A DNA stretch of 64,000 bases from Ascoidea asiatica JCM 7603 (lineage: Eukaryota > Fungi > Ascomycota). Positions 1-10,369 of the stretch are shown here, piece by piece. Below the pieces are notes generated by a model, which searched no databases, was not told the origin of the DNA, and was given only the letters and a program-made list of their open reading frames with translations. Where the stretch lies: positions 1,013,184 to 1,077,183 of the forward strand of contig BCKQ01000002.1 of NCBI GenBank assembly GCA_001600695.1, read 5' to 3'. The translations under genes were made by a program, and so were the position numbers. Position 1 is the first letter of the stretch. Every line of letters begins with the position of its first letter.

Positions 1-800
1 ATTATTATTTTTTTTCTTTATTTTCTCTTCATGCTATATATATATATATTAACATATTGATATTGAGTCTTTATCATTAGTCACTCTACTATCAAAAAAG
101 TGCTTTCCTTTAAGAAATAATTATATTTTGTCTTATTTCATACTACTAGTGATAAAATTACTTTCTTTTCAAAAGCATTAATCTCCTAAAAAATGAAATT
201 TATGAGAAAATTGCTATAAAGCTAAGGTTGATTTTGCATGGAGACTAAATACTATTAACTGCTAAAACTTTAAATTCAGTTTCCTACAAGCTTTATTTCA
301 AATATGGAATTCAATTTTTTTAGTTCATTATTACCAATATCAGAGTAATAATGTTTTTGCAGTTTAGTATTGTTGTTATATTCAAACTATAATCAAGCTC
401 AACAATTCCTGAGTAATTTAGTCAAGTTACAATAATATGGGATAATTGCAGTTCTTTAATGACCCTTTACAATTATCCATTAAACTAATTTTTTTGAGAA
501 AGGCTTTAAAATTTTATGTGATTTTTAACTGATTGTAGATTAAATAGATAAATCCTTCAATCGTATTTTCGATTAAGATCACAATTAGATAACAAACTAC
601 GAATTGATACCATCATTTCCCCACAAAAAGTAGTCATCAATTGATCATAGTATATGCTCTTTCCATAATAGCAAACCAGATCAAATAGAAAATCTTCTAT
701 ATTAAAATATGGAATAATATTGAGACATTATTACACCATACAATAGAAGCAATATAATAGATTTGGGTGGAATATATTATTGTATAAATATAAGAGCTTA

Positions 801-824
801 TTTCCTAATCCGGTCACTTCAATG
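801..824 (+). promoter_or_regulatory. Composite Mcm1 site + CAATG (a2-Mcm1-like a-specific gene enhancer), distal, upstream of pheromone gene 1
   Basis: TTTCC-TAATCC-GG-TCACTT-CAATG; same architecture and 6-nt spacer as the sites at 1041 and 2753. Confidence 0.7.
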
Positions 825-1040
825 ATGATTCTTAACTCGAATATAAGAGTCTCAGCCAACAAAAATGGTATTTCAGGGCAAAGCAATACAAAGATTCGAT
901 TTGAAGCTATTAAGGGTTTCCACAACAATTCAAAAATCATTGGGCAAAATTATAAACTGGAGGTCAAAGCCAAACGTAGTGAATTTCTATACCAGTTCCA
1001 CAACTTTAAAAATAATTGTTGAAAAGTATGTGATAAACTT

Positions 1041-1064
1041 TTTCCATTTTAGGTGATTTCAATG
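1041..1064 (+). promoter_or_regulatory. Composite Mcm1 CArG box + CAATG (a2-Mcm1-like), proximal, upstream of pheromone gene 1
   Basis: TTTCC-ATTTTA-GG-TGATTT-CAATG; perfect CC(A/T)6GG about 300 nt before the ATG at 1363. Confidence 0.75.
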
Positions 1065-1362
1065 TAATAAAACTAAAAATTAGAGCATTTGTCTTCACAT
1101 TAACAAGTCTCCACAAAAAACTATTCGCTTATTTTTCCATACATTGATTAACACACTCTTTAGTAAAAAACTCGTCTTTTCTGATGCGCCATTAATGAAA
1201 ATCTTTTTATAATTCATGGCAAAAAATCAATCATAATTCCTTATTACCAAAATGATATAAATTAGAATGGTTATCCATACTTCTAAAATAAAATGATCTA
1301 TATTTTTTTTTAATTATCAATTATCAATTATTATAATTATTTAACTCTAACTTCCTCTCAAA

Positions 1363-1561
1363 ATGCAATCTTCTTCAAACACTCAATCTCAAACTCCAAA
1401 AGATCAAGATCTTCCAGGTATGTAATGTCATCTCTCATTTAGAGAAATAGAACAAAATTAAAAAAATTGCTGTCTCCTCACCCTTTTGCATAGAATATAA
1501 TTGCTAACAAATACTATTAATAGATGGTACAACCGTTCCTTCTGGATGTGTTATTGCTTAA
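1363..1561 (+). CDS. MFA: a-factor-type mating pheromone precursor, copy 1; join(1363..1417,1524..1561); MQSSSNTQSQTPKDQDLPDGTTVPSGCVIA
   Basis: AAAATG start; GTATGT donor at 1418, TGCTAAC branch 1502-1508, TAG acceptor 1521-1523. The spliced 30-aa ORF starts MQ, has KD before the putative mature peptide and ends in CAAX CVIA-stop, like S. cerevisiae Mfa1/2. Paralog at 3623. Confidence 0.93.
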
Positions 1562-2752
1562 ATTATATATAAAATCCTCAGTGGGTAATTTTAAAAGATG
1601 CTTTAGATACGTTTGATTTATGATATACATTTATTTGCTATGCTACAATATTATATCTAGGGTAAATTGTTTCAAAAGCATTCCCTCATTTTTTTTTCCT
1701 CTTACTTCTTAATCTTCATTTCAAATATGAATCACAAACAATAAAACTGCAAAAATTTTTTTTTGATGAATAAATATCCTTTTTGATTGAGCGATAATTT
1801 CTTTAAGCAGTAGAATGTATTTTCATGAAAATCAAAAAAAAAAAAAACTTTTTGCTCTTCTCTGCAATTATTAAGCATATCTTCTTCTTAATACCAAAAT
1901 ATATTTACTTTTGAATCCCGAAATTGAGACCAATAATGGAGAACTAATCATTAAAAATGTTAGAGCCGGGTTTATGCAATGGCAGCACAATTTCAGCACC
2001 CACAAGGCTGGCTTTTTATCGCTTCTTTGAGAAAATATCGATTATCATCGAGAATTCCAAAATTTGATACTTTTATCAACTTATCAGCAATTTAGATATT
2101 TAGAAAAATTGTCAAATTGACTATTTTCTACATTTTTTTTGTTATGAATTCTAGTCTATTAAATAGCAAAGATTATTTTTTGGAGAATTCTTAGACTTTA
2201 ATTTATTATTTCGCAGATAATGATTTTTTTTGTAGATTAACTGCTAAAAGAGCTAACTTTTTTGTATGAGTTTGAGTAGCAAAGGTCAGTTGGCTTAATA
2301 AAAGATTATTATCCGAATATTTTTGATTAAATTTAAAAAAAGTCTACCAAGCGAATGAAAACCAACCAAGTTTATCATAAAATAGCTTAATAGTAGCAAT
2401 AAAGGGAGACTCTATCGGATAATAATAAGACCAAAAAAGCAAGAAAATTAATGTTCTAAATTCACTTGATTTCACCTTATTTACCATTATTTTAGTCGAG
2501 ATTTTTTTTGAAGAAATTAAAAACTAAACGAAATTTGAAAATTATTGATGCCACTTTTTCATTAGCTGCTTGGAAAAAACTGTTATTTTGAGAAACTATT
2601 ATGGAATTGAAGGAAAAAATGGATGCCATTTTTTGAATCAAATTCAGTTGTATTAGAACCATTAGGATCAGTAATAATTTCATCCGGAAAAATTTAGCTA
2701 ACTTTACCAGATTTTTCATAAGTAAACTTTTTGCGGATATTTCTGTTAATGA

Positions 2753-2776
2753 TTTCCTAAACAGGCACATTCAATG
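2753..2776 (+). promoter_or_regulatory. Composite Mcm1 site + CAATG (a2-Mcm1-like) upstream of pheromone gene 2
   Basis: TTTCC-TAAACA-GG-CACATT-CAATG, overlapping a TGAAACT Ste12-like word. Confidence 0.7.
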
Positions 2777-3196
2777 AAACTTTTATCTCATTAATTATGT
2801 GATATTTGAGTTAAATCGGATTTTTTTTTATCTGGTCAACGAATAATCGATTGAGTTCTCTTCAAACGGAAAATGTTCTACCAAGTAACAAAATCTGCCA
2901 AAAAATGTTTGATAAAACTTAAGCACTGGAAAAATTGAAATAGGTAAGAAACCTATGGTTACACATTAGGTGGTAAATTTGGAACAAATCAAGTTTCAGT
3001 AAAACTGAAATTCAGTTCTAGATAATTTTTAATTTCACTAATACAACTTCTTAATTTTTTTTAAAAAAAAGCCACCACAAAATATTCCAACTGAGCGTAA
3101 AAAGCAGATAGAATAATACAGCTTTTTGGGCTTTTATTTTATTCTATTAATCTATTTAGGGTTGTTTTTTTTGGCTTTCCCCAATATTTTGAAGTT

Positions 3197-3203
3197 TGAA
3201 ACA
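3197..3203 (+). promoter_or_regulatory. Pheromone response element (Ste12 site)
   Basis: TGAAACA about 420 nt upstream of pheromone gene 2; a reverse copy TGTTTCA lies at 1668-1674. Short word, could be chance. Confidence 0.45.
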
Positions 3204-3262
3204 CTGTTGAAATCCAATCCAATAACCTTATTGAGTTTCACTAGAAATTTATTGAAATGACA

Positions 3263-3286
3263 GCTCTAATTTAGGCTATTTCAATA
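3263..3286 (+). promoter_or_regulatory. Degenerate Mcm1 + CAAT(A) composite site, proximal to pheromone gene 2
   Basis: CT-AATTTA-GG-CTATTT-CAATA; same 6-nt spacer, two mismatches to the other three sites. Confidence 0.45.
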
Positions 3287-3622
3287 CAACCAAAGAGTTT
3301 TGATTTATTTTATCTCTCCTTTTTTATTTCTTAGAAATTGATTTGGCTTTGATCTAAGCAGGATGACATTAGCAAAGTTTCTTGAATTATTTTGAAACTT
3401 CAAAAAACCACAAAGAAATTGATACTAGATAATATATTTTGTGTTTTTTTTAAAAGAATCATTGATTATACAATTGATAATAATCAAAAATGATATAAAT
3501 ATTCCAATGATTAACAGCTTTTTTGTTTAATAATTTTGATTCTTTTTTTTTTAAATCATCAATTATTCAATTATTAAATTCTTATAATTATCTTATTAAC
3601 TCAATTAAACTACTTTTTCAAA

Positions 3623-3787
3623 ATGCAATCTACTTCAAACACCCAAAACGAATCTCCAAAAGATCAATCTCTTCCATGTAAGTAGTGATCAATTAGCTTT
3701 AAAACATTATACATTGGATCATTTTACTAACTAACTTTTTTCTTTATAGACGGAACTGTTGTCCCATCAGGATGTGTTATTGCTTAA
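3623..3787 (+). CDS. MFA: a-factor-type mating pheromone precursor, copy 2; join(3623..3677,3750..3787); MQSTSNTQNESPKDQSLPYGTVVPSGCVIA
   Basis: GTAAGT donor at 3678, TACTAAC 3725-3731, TAG acceptor 3747-3749; exon lengths (55+38 nt) and intron phase identical to copy 1; ends CVIA-stop. Confidence 0.93.
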
Positions 3788-4696
3788 GTTATAGATGACA
3801 TTCAAAGCTGCTAATTCTTAATGATGTTTTAATTCTTATTAATTGTACCTTATTAATCATGATGTTTAGATTTTTATTATTTCTACTTTATTAATCACTG
3901 CTGCTTTTTATTTTATTCTTAACTTTTCTTAACTATTCTTAAATTCTTTTCTAAATATTATAAAAAAAATTACAAAAAAAAAAAAAAATTAAAAAAATTT
4001 TTTCTTTTTTCTTTTTTTGATTTTTTGATGAATAAATATTAATTTTGATTCAATTATTATTCTCTACTTTTTCAAAAGTTGAAAAAAGCGTATGTATTAG
4101 AGATTCTGATAAAATTTAATTCCTTTTGACTTTTTATTATTTCACAATTTTGCCCAAAAAGAAAAAGCGTCACCTTATATCAATTAAAATATAGCTATAA
4201 TTTCAAAACGTCCTGTAACATTCACAATAATCATAAGAAATATTGTTCTTTGACATATGATTTCTGTTTTAACTAATTATTTCTCTTAGCAAAATAAAAT
4301 TACAGTCCCATAGCCAGTAATCAATAAATTATTAAAAATTGGTAACTTCAAATATTCTTTTTTTCAATTATCCATAAGCTGGCTAATCAAACTTAAAAAT
4401 TAATCGGATGGGGCTCTAATAAATTTCCTCATATTTCTGTAGCCCTGAAAATGGAATTTTGGTAACATTACTGATGAGATTCAGATTTGAAATTTAACAT
4501 GAGATTCATTGTTAAAAAAAAAAAAAAATTATTCATTGTTTAACAATGTTCTCAATTAATCGAAAAATCAATAAAAAAAAGTGAATAGAAACATCGTTCA
4601 ATCTGAATTTTAAGGCTTTAAATAAATGAAATGTTTTGAAAAGAATATAGTTATAGACTAAATAAATTAAGAGATTTTTTTAATGAGATTAAGAAT

Positions 4697-5764
4697 TTAA
4701 ATGAAAGAAGAATGACTAGCTTGTTCTGGAACAATAGATTTTACTTTTCCAGTATCAAGATAATGATAAATATTTTCAATTACACATTCTTCCATTCCAG
4801 TAATAGCTTGAAATGCATGAGTTCCCATATGTGGAATTGCAATAACATTTGGAAAAGACAATAAATCTTTTGGTACAAAAGGTTCATTTTCAAAAACATC
4901 TGCAGCAAAAGAAGAAATTTTACCATTTTTAAGATTTTCAATTAAATCAGATTCATTAATTATAGCTCCTCTTGCAGTATTAATTATAATTACACCATTT
5001 TTCATTTTTGAAATTGTTTTATTATCAATTAAATGCTTTGTTGAATTATTTAAAGGAATATTAATTGAAATTATGTCTGAATTTGAAAGTAAATCTTCAA
5101 AAGAAGCATAAGTTAAATCGAAAGAACTGTTATCATTATCATCATCAATAGGTTTGGATAATTTGGATAATTCTTCATTTGATAATGGATTTCTATTATG
5201 ATAAATTATTGATTTAAATCCTAAAGGTTTTACTCTTTGTAAAATTTGTTTACCAATTCCTCCTAACCCTAAAATACCTAAAGTTTTACCCTTTGGATTA
5301 TAACCAAATGGAGTTCCAGCAGCAATATTATTTGGCCATTTACCTAATTGAAGATTTTTTTGACCAAAATTGAAATTTCTCATTGCTGCCAATAATAAAT
5401 ATAAATGTGTATCCGCAGTTGAAGCATCATTTAGTTTTTGTACATTTGATAATTGAATTTTTTTAGTAATTAAATGATTGACATCAATCGAATCATAACC
5501 TGCACCTGCGTGACAGATGACCTTTAAAGTCTTTGGAAATAAGTCTATTAATTCTTTATCAAATTTTATACTTAAATAAGTTCTTGCAATTATATCAATT
5601 TTTTTATTTTTTTCAAAAAAATTTTCATTTATTAATTTTTCTTTGGTATAAGATTCATCTAATTTGATAATATCTGCAATTTCAGATAACTTCTCCCAGG
5701 AATCATGAGAGAATCTAAATGGGGGAAATTGAAGAATAACTGGGCGTTCCAAATCCAAACTCAT
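4697..5764 (-). CDS. GOR1: D-2-hydroxyacid dehydrogenase / glyoxylate reductase
   Basis: GAGYD, GLGGIG Rossmann motif, INTARG, DVFENEP and PHMG catalytic motifs. Confidence 0.8.
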   Translation of the reverse strand: MSLDLERPVILQFPPFRFSHDSWEKLSEIADIIKLDESYTKEKLINENFFEKNKKIDIIARTYLSIKFDKELIDLFPKTLKVICHAGAGYDSIDVNHLITKKIQLSNVQKLNDASTADTHLYLLLAAMRNFNFGQKNLQLGKWPNNIAAGTPFGYNPKGKTLGILGLGGIGKQILQRVKPLGFKSIIYHNRNPLSNEELSKLSKPIDDDNDNSSFDLTYASFEDLLSNSDIISINIPLNNSTKHLIDNKTISKMKNGVIIINTARGAIINESDLIENLKNGKISSFAADVFENEPFVPKDLLSFPNVIAIPHMGTHAFQAITGMEECVIENIYHYLDTGKVKSIVPEQASHSSFI

Positions 5765-6074
5765 ATTTGCCTATTACTTATTAACCAGATATTTTTATGA
5801 TTTCACTTTATCAAAAGCAGATCAAAAGCCGATCAACGAAGATTATTGAAGACTACTACTACTACTAGTGCAGTAGTAATAAAGATGGTTTAAATGCAAA
5901 GCAGCTCAATATATGCGATGGCTGAGTACACTAACAAAGTTCTCTTCTCTGCTTTGAAGGGAGTTCTGGAGGAAGAGTTGAGCATCTCTTTGACCATCTT
6001 TGTGAGCAGTCTGCACCGTAAGCAAGCTTTTCCCGGGCTTTTCTGGCGCTGTGCAAGTTTTCGGGCTCCTCTTG

Positions 6075-6625
6075 AACCAGCGGCCAGCTTTTTCGGAAAC
6101 TTCTGCGAGTGGCCAGCAACGGAAGAGCTCTCTGCACCGGCAATACGATGCTAACAATAGATGATATAATAAAGTGGTAAGCTAATTCACCAATATAATA
6201 GAGAACTATTACTGGTAATAACCATATTGGAACTATATCACTGATATAATATAATATAACTATCCATAATAGACTATATCATAGTGAAATATATAATATA
6301 CTTTAAAAGCTGGTTTTGATCCATATTGTGGAAATAGTCGACGTTATTCTGTCATGCAAAATTTGTTTCATTTGTATTCAACTACTATTTAGATCAAAGG
6401 GGGAATATAATTAATTATTCAGTCCTGCTTATTCGCCTTCCAATATTTGTTTGAGAAAATAATCTAAGAGTATCTATTAATGTGCCTAAAATAAATAAGG
6501 AGAACCCAGGAAAAACCAGATGTAATACTTTTCAGAATATTATTGAAAACTTTGCAAGCATTTTATTTTTTAAATGAATTAACTTTTTATTCAAATTTGG
6601 TTTTCAAACTCAAAACAGGCTGGTA
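6075..6625. promoter_or_regulatory. Cluster of Ace2/Swi5-type CCAGC sites in the chitinase promoter
   Basis: AACCAGC 6075, GGCCAGC 6082 and 6111, GCTGGTT 6309, GCTGGTA 6619; CTS1 is a known Ace2 target in S. cerevisiae. Confidence 0.6.
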
Positions 6626-7040
6626 AATAAATTATCTAAGAAATTTCATTTCAATTCTGTTTTTTGATATTGAATTACTATATTCAACAATTAATATTTT
6701 TACTGATAATTTCAATATATAATCTTCTTCTTTCTTCTAAAAAAGTTTGCTGATTTATTTTTAAAAATGATCTATCATTTCGTTTATCAAGATTAATACA
6801 TTCTTAAAATACTAAAGGAAACTATATAAGAAAATTATCAATTGACTCATTCAAACATAATACTAATAATATCTTCAATTCTTTTTTCATAAAATTCTAA
6901 TTAAAACTTTTCTTTCAAAAAAATCAACTTACTTAATTTGTTCTTCTAATCTCTAATTTTAAATTTTTTTCAATAAAAATTATCAATAATACCCAATATT
7001 CAATTCTCAAACAATTTCTTTAAATATATACACTCAAAAA

Positions 7041-9338
7041 ATGAAATACCCTTTTAGTTTTACATTTTTCTTTTTTTCAATATTAAATTTATCAAACGCT
7101 GCTTTTCAAAGTGGCTCTAAACAAAATATGGTTGTTTATTGGGGTCAAAATTCTGCAGGCTCTCAAGAAGATTTAGCTTATTATTGTAATCAGGATAATG
7201 TAGATATTGTCGTTCTTTCTTTTATGACTACTTTTCCAGGTACTGATGATATTCCAACTTTAAATTTCGCAAGTGCATGTTCAGCAACTTTTTCAAATGG
7301 CTTACTATATTGTGATCAAATCGAATCTGATATTTTAACTTGTCAAAATAATGGTGTTAAAATTTTACTATCTTTAGGGGGTGCTTCTGGTTCTTATGGA
7401 TTTGATTCTGATTCTGATGCTGAATCTTTTGCAGAATCTTTATGGAATTTATTTCTTGAAGGTTCAAGTGATACAAAACCATTTGGTGATTCAATTATTG
7501 ATGGTTTTGATTTAGATATAGAAAATAACATTCCTCAATATTATCCTGCTTTAGTTTCCAAATTAAGAGAATATTTTGAAACTGGTTCAAAAACTTATTA
7601 TATTAGTGCTGCTCCACAATGTGTTTATCCTGATGCTTCTTTAAAATTAGCTTTAACTGAATCTAATATTGATTTTGCTTTTATTCAATTTTACAATAAT
7701 TATTGTTCAATTTCTGGTACTTTCAATTGGGATACTTGGGTTGATTTTGCTAATGATGATTCCTATAATTCAAATATAAAATTATATCTTGGTCTTCCAG
7801 GCTCTTCATCTGCTGCCGGAAGTGGTTATACTTCTGTTGATGATGTTCAATCAACTATAGATACAATCAGTTCTGATTCACAATTTGATGGAATTATGCT
7901 ATGGGATGCTTCTCAAGGAACTTCAAATGAAATAGATGGTGAAACTTATATTGCAAAATTGAAAGCAATACTTCAATCCATTGATACTTCTTCTACTTCT
8001 TCTACTTCTTCTGTTTCTACCATTTCTTCCATATCATCTTCATCAGTTGCATCAACTATTATATCACATACTCCATCAACTACTTCATTAACTATTTCTT
8101 CTAGTATTTCTTCAACTAGTATTCAAACTATAATATCCAGCAATACTTCCCCTATAAGTTTTTCCAAATCAACGAGTGATATTTTAACATCAATTTATAC
8201 CGATAATATCCTCTCCTCATCATCATCTGACTTATCATTATCTTCTTCCTCTGAATTTTCCCAAAAAGCACATTCCACAACCACTTCATCAATAACAACC
8301 GAATCTATTGAATCCTTATCTACAAAAAAAACATCCATTTTATCTTCATCCACATTATTAGAGATTTCTACTCAAACTTCTGCTGAAGTATCCTCAGCAT
8401 CAATAACCGATTCTTTTCAAACAAACACTCAAATAAATCCTGGTACAAGTACCAATGAAAGCATTTCAAGAACTTCAACAACCTCTAATGATAATACAAA
8501 AACTACAAAACAAACAAATTCTAATACCATTACTGTAAAAACAGAATCTTCAATTTTTTCTCTTACAACAAATGATGTTCAAATAATTGAAGTTAATACC
8601 ACTTTAAAAAGTACTGATATTGCAATAGTAACAGTTACAAATTTCAATAATCAATACACAAAAACTAAAAATCCGTTAGCAACTACCATGTCAACTATCT
8701 ATTCTGTTTTTTCAGAAACTATCGAAAATGATTCTTTCGATCTGATGTCAGAAACCTTTAGTTCCAGTTTGGCAGTTACTCCGACTTCTACTGGTACAAA
8801 AGCTTCAATAACAGAAATGAATATTGGGTCACATTCCAATACTGAAACAATTCAATTAACTTTAGCTACATCTGCTATAATAACAATAACTAATTCTGAA
8901 AATTCTGTTACTGTTGTAACCACTTCTATTAGTTTAATCACTTCAATTGCTCGACCAACTGATCAATCAGATGAAATTAAGGTCACTTGCAGTTCATTAA
9001 CTGGTTTAGAACTTGCTCAATGTTTGAATGCAAACTTTCCTTCAAGTGATACAGCTGCAGATTCTGAAACATGTGAAGACGGTGCTTTCTCTTGTCTATC
9101 TGATGGTCGTTTGATAAAATGTTCTTATGGTAAATGGGTTGTTTTTGACTGTCCATCCGGTACTTCGTGTTATGCATTCACCGATACATTTGAATCTGTT
9201 TTTATAGCTTGCAACTTTGCCGATTATAAATCAGAATATACCAGTAACAAATATTCTAAGCGATCATTTGCAGGAAATTATTATCAATATAGACGTCATT
9301 TGCATAATAAGCACAATAGGGATTCAATTAAAATCTAG
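7041..9338 (+). CDS. CTS1: Secreted GH18 class III endochitinase with Ser/Thr stalk and C-terminal Cys-rich chitin-binding (CBM19-like) domain
   Basis: Signal peptide, VYWGQNS, SLGGA, DGFDLDIE catalytic motif, AAPQC, QFYNNYC, GIMLWDAS; C-terminal C..C..C..GKW..CPSGTSC. Confidence 0.93.
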   Translation: MKYPFSFTFFFFSILNLSNAAFQSGSKQNMVVYWGQNSAGSQEDLAYYCNQDNVDIVVLSFMTTFPGTDDIPTLNFASACSATFSNGLLYCDQIESDILTCQNNGVKILLSLGGASGSYGFDSDSDAESFAESLWNLFLEGSSDTKPFGDSIIDGFDLDIENNIPQYYPALVSKLREYFETGSKTYYISAAPQCVYPDASLKLALTESNIDFAFIQFYNNYCSISGTFNWDTWVDFANDDSYNSNIKLYLGLPGSSSAAGSGYTSVDDVQSTIDTISSDSQFDGIMLWDASQGTSNEIDGETYIAKLKAILQSIDTSSTSSTSSVSTISSISSSSVASTIISHTPSTTSLTISSSISSTSIQTIISSNTSPISFSKSTSDILTSIYTDNILSSSSSDLSLSSSSEFSQKAHSTTTSSITTESIESLSTKKTSILSSSTLLEISTQTSAEVSSASITDSFQTNTQINPGTSTNESISRTSTTSNDNTKTTKQTNSNTITVKTESSIFSLTTNDVQIIEVNTTLKSTDIAIVTVTNFNNQYTKTKNPLATTMSTIYSVFSETIENDSFDLMSETFSSSLAVTPTSTGTKASITEMNIGSHSNTETIQLTLATSAIITITNSENSVTVVTTSISLITSIARPTDQSDEIKVTCSSLTGLELAQCLNANFPSSDTAADSETCEDGAFSCLSDGRLIKCSYGKWVVFDCPSGTSCYAFTDTFESVFIACNFADYKSEYTSNKYSKRSFAGNYYQYRRHLHNKHNRDSIKI

Positions 9339-10369
9339 TGAAATGATTCACTGAAACTCACAATATTTGTATATATTTTTGAGATTACTTAGATAACTTA
9401 TACACTTTAAGAACATAAGATCTTTATAATCCAAAAATTTTATTGGTTCTGCATATGGAAAATATAGGAAAGCCAAAACTACTCAGGCTACTAACCTTTT
9501 TGCTTTCAGTTTAAAGAAATTGAATATTTAGTTTATGTCGTTTATTTTCTTTTTTTTTGGTGATAGGGTTGTTTTATATTTTTTTACTTTTGGTGGGCTT
9601 GATCTTAATCATTTTTTGGGTCTTTTGTCATTTTTCTATTCATGATCTTTTTATATTATATATGAGGAAATACCATTATTTATTATATCAATTGCAATGC
9701 AATTCAACTCAATATATATTATATTTTGTTATTCTGAAGTGTATAAAAAAAATGAACTTTGAGAACTTGACTATATTGAATATTATATATCGAGAAAAAA
9801 TCGATTGTTTATTGAATTAAGAAAATGTAAAATAAAATATAACTATTTGAATTTCAAGAAGTGTCTTACTGAGATTCTCGTTATCGAATGTATTTGAACT
9901 TAGTTTGATTATTAAACTTACTGAACATCATTTTAGAATTTGACTGATGTTCATTTTAAAAGTTGGGATCCAAAATCAATAAAACTTACTAAAACAGTAA
10001 GATGAGTGAGAAAAAAAGAACTGAAAAAAAAGCATTGTGAAATAATTATCTGATTGTTCATTTAAAAATAAATAACTAAAAACGAAGAATCCGAATAAAA
10101 AAATAAATAAACATATTTAAGAAAATAACCATAAAAATTTAAAGAAAATACTCAAAAATATCACAAAAAAAGTATGTTGTGAGGAAAATAAAGAAAAAGA
10201 AATAATAAATGAAATATAATAAAATCATAATTAACAATCAACAATTAACAAATAGCAATTAACAAATAAAATAAAAATATCCAACTTATAAAAAACTAAA
10301 AATAAAGACAATAACAAAGACAAAATCAAAAATTAAAAACAAAAACAAAAACAAAAACCTAGTTATTCA

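Noticed and set aside
731-1056. Three overlapping 63-80 aa ORFs
   Set aside because: No recognisable motifs; they overlap the a2-Mcm1-like promoter sites of pheromone gene 1
2492-2770. 92-aa minus-strand ORF
   Set aside because: No family features; lies in the promoter of pheromone gene 2
5894-6157. Three overlapping ORFs in the GC-rich island
   Set aside because: Stop-codon depletion from local GC; composition unlike the real genes; contains Ace2-type sites
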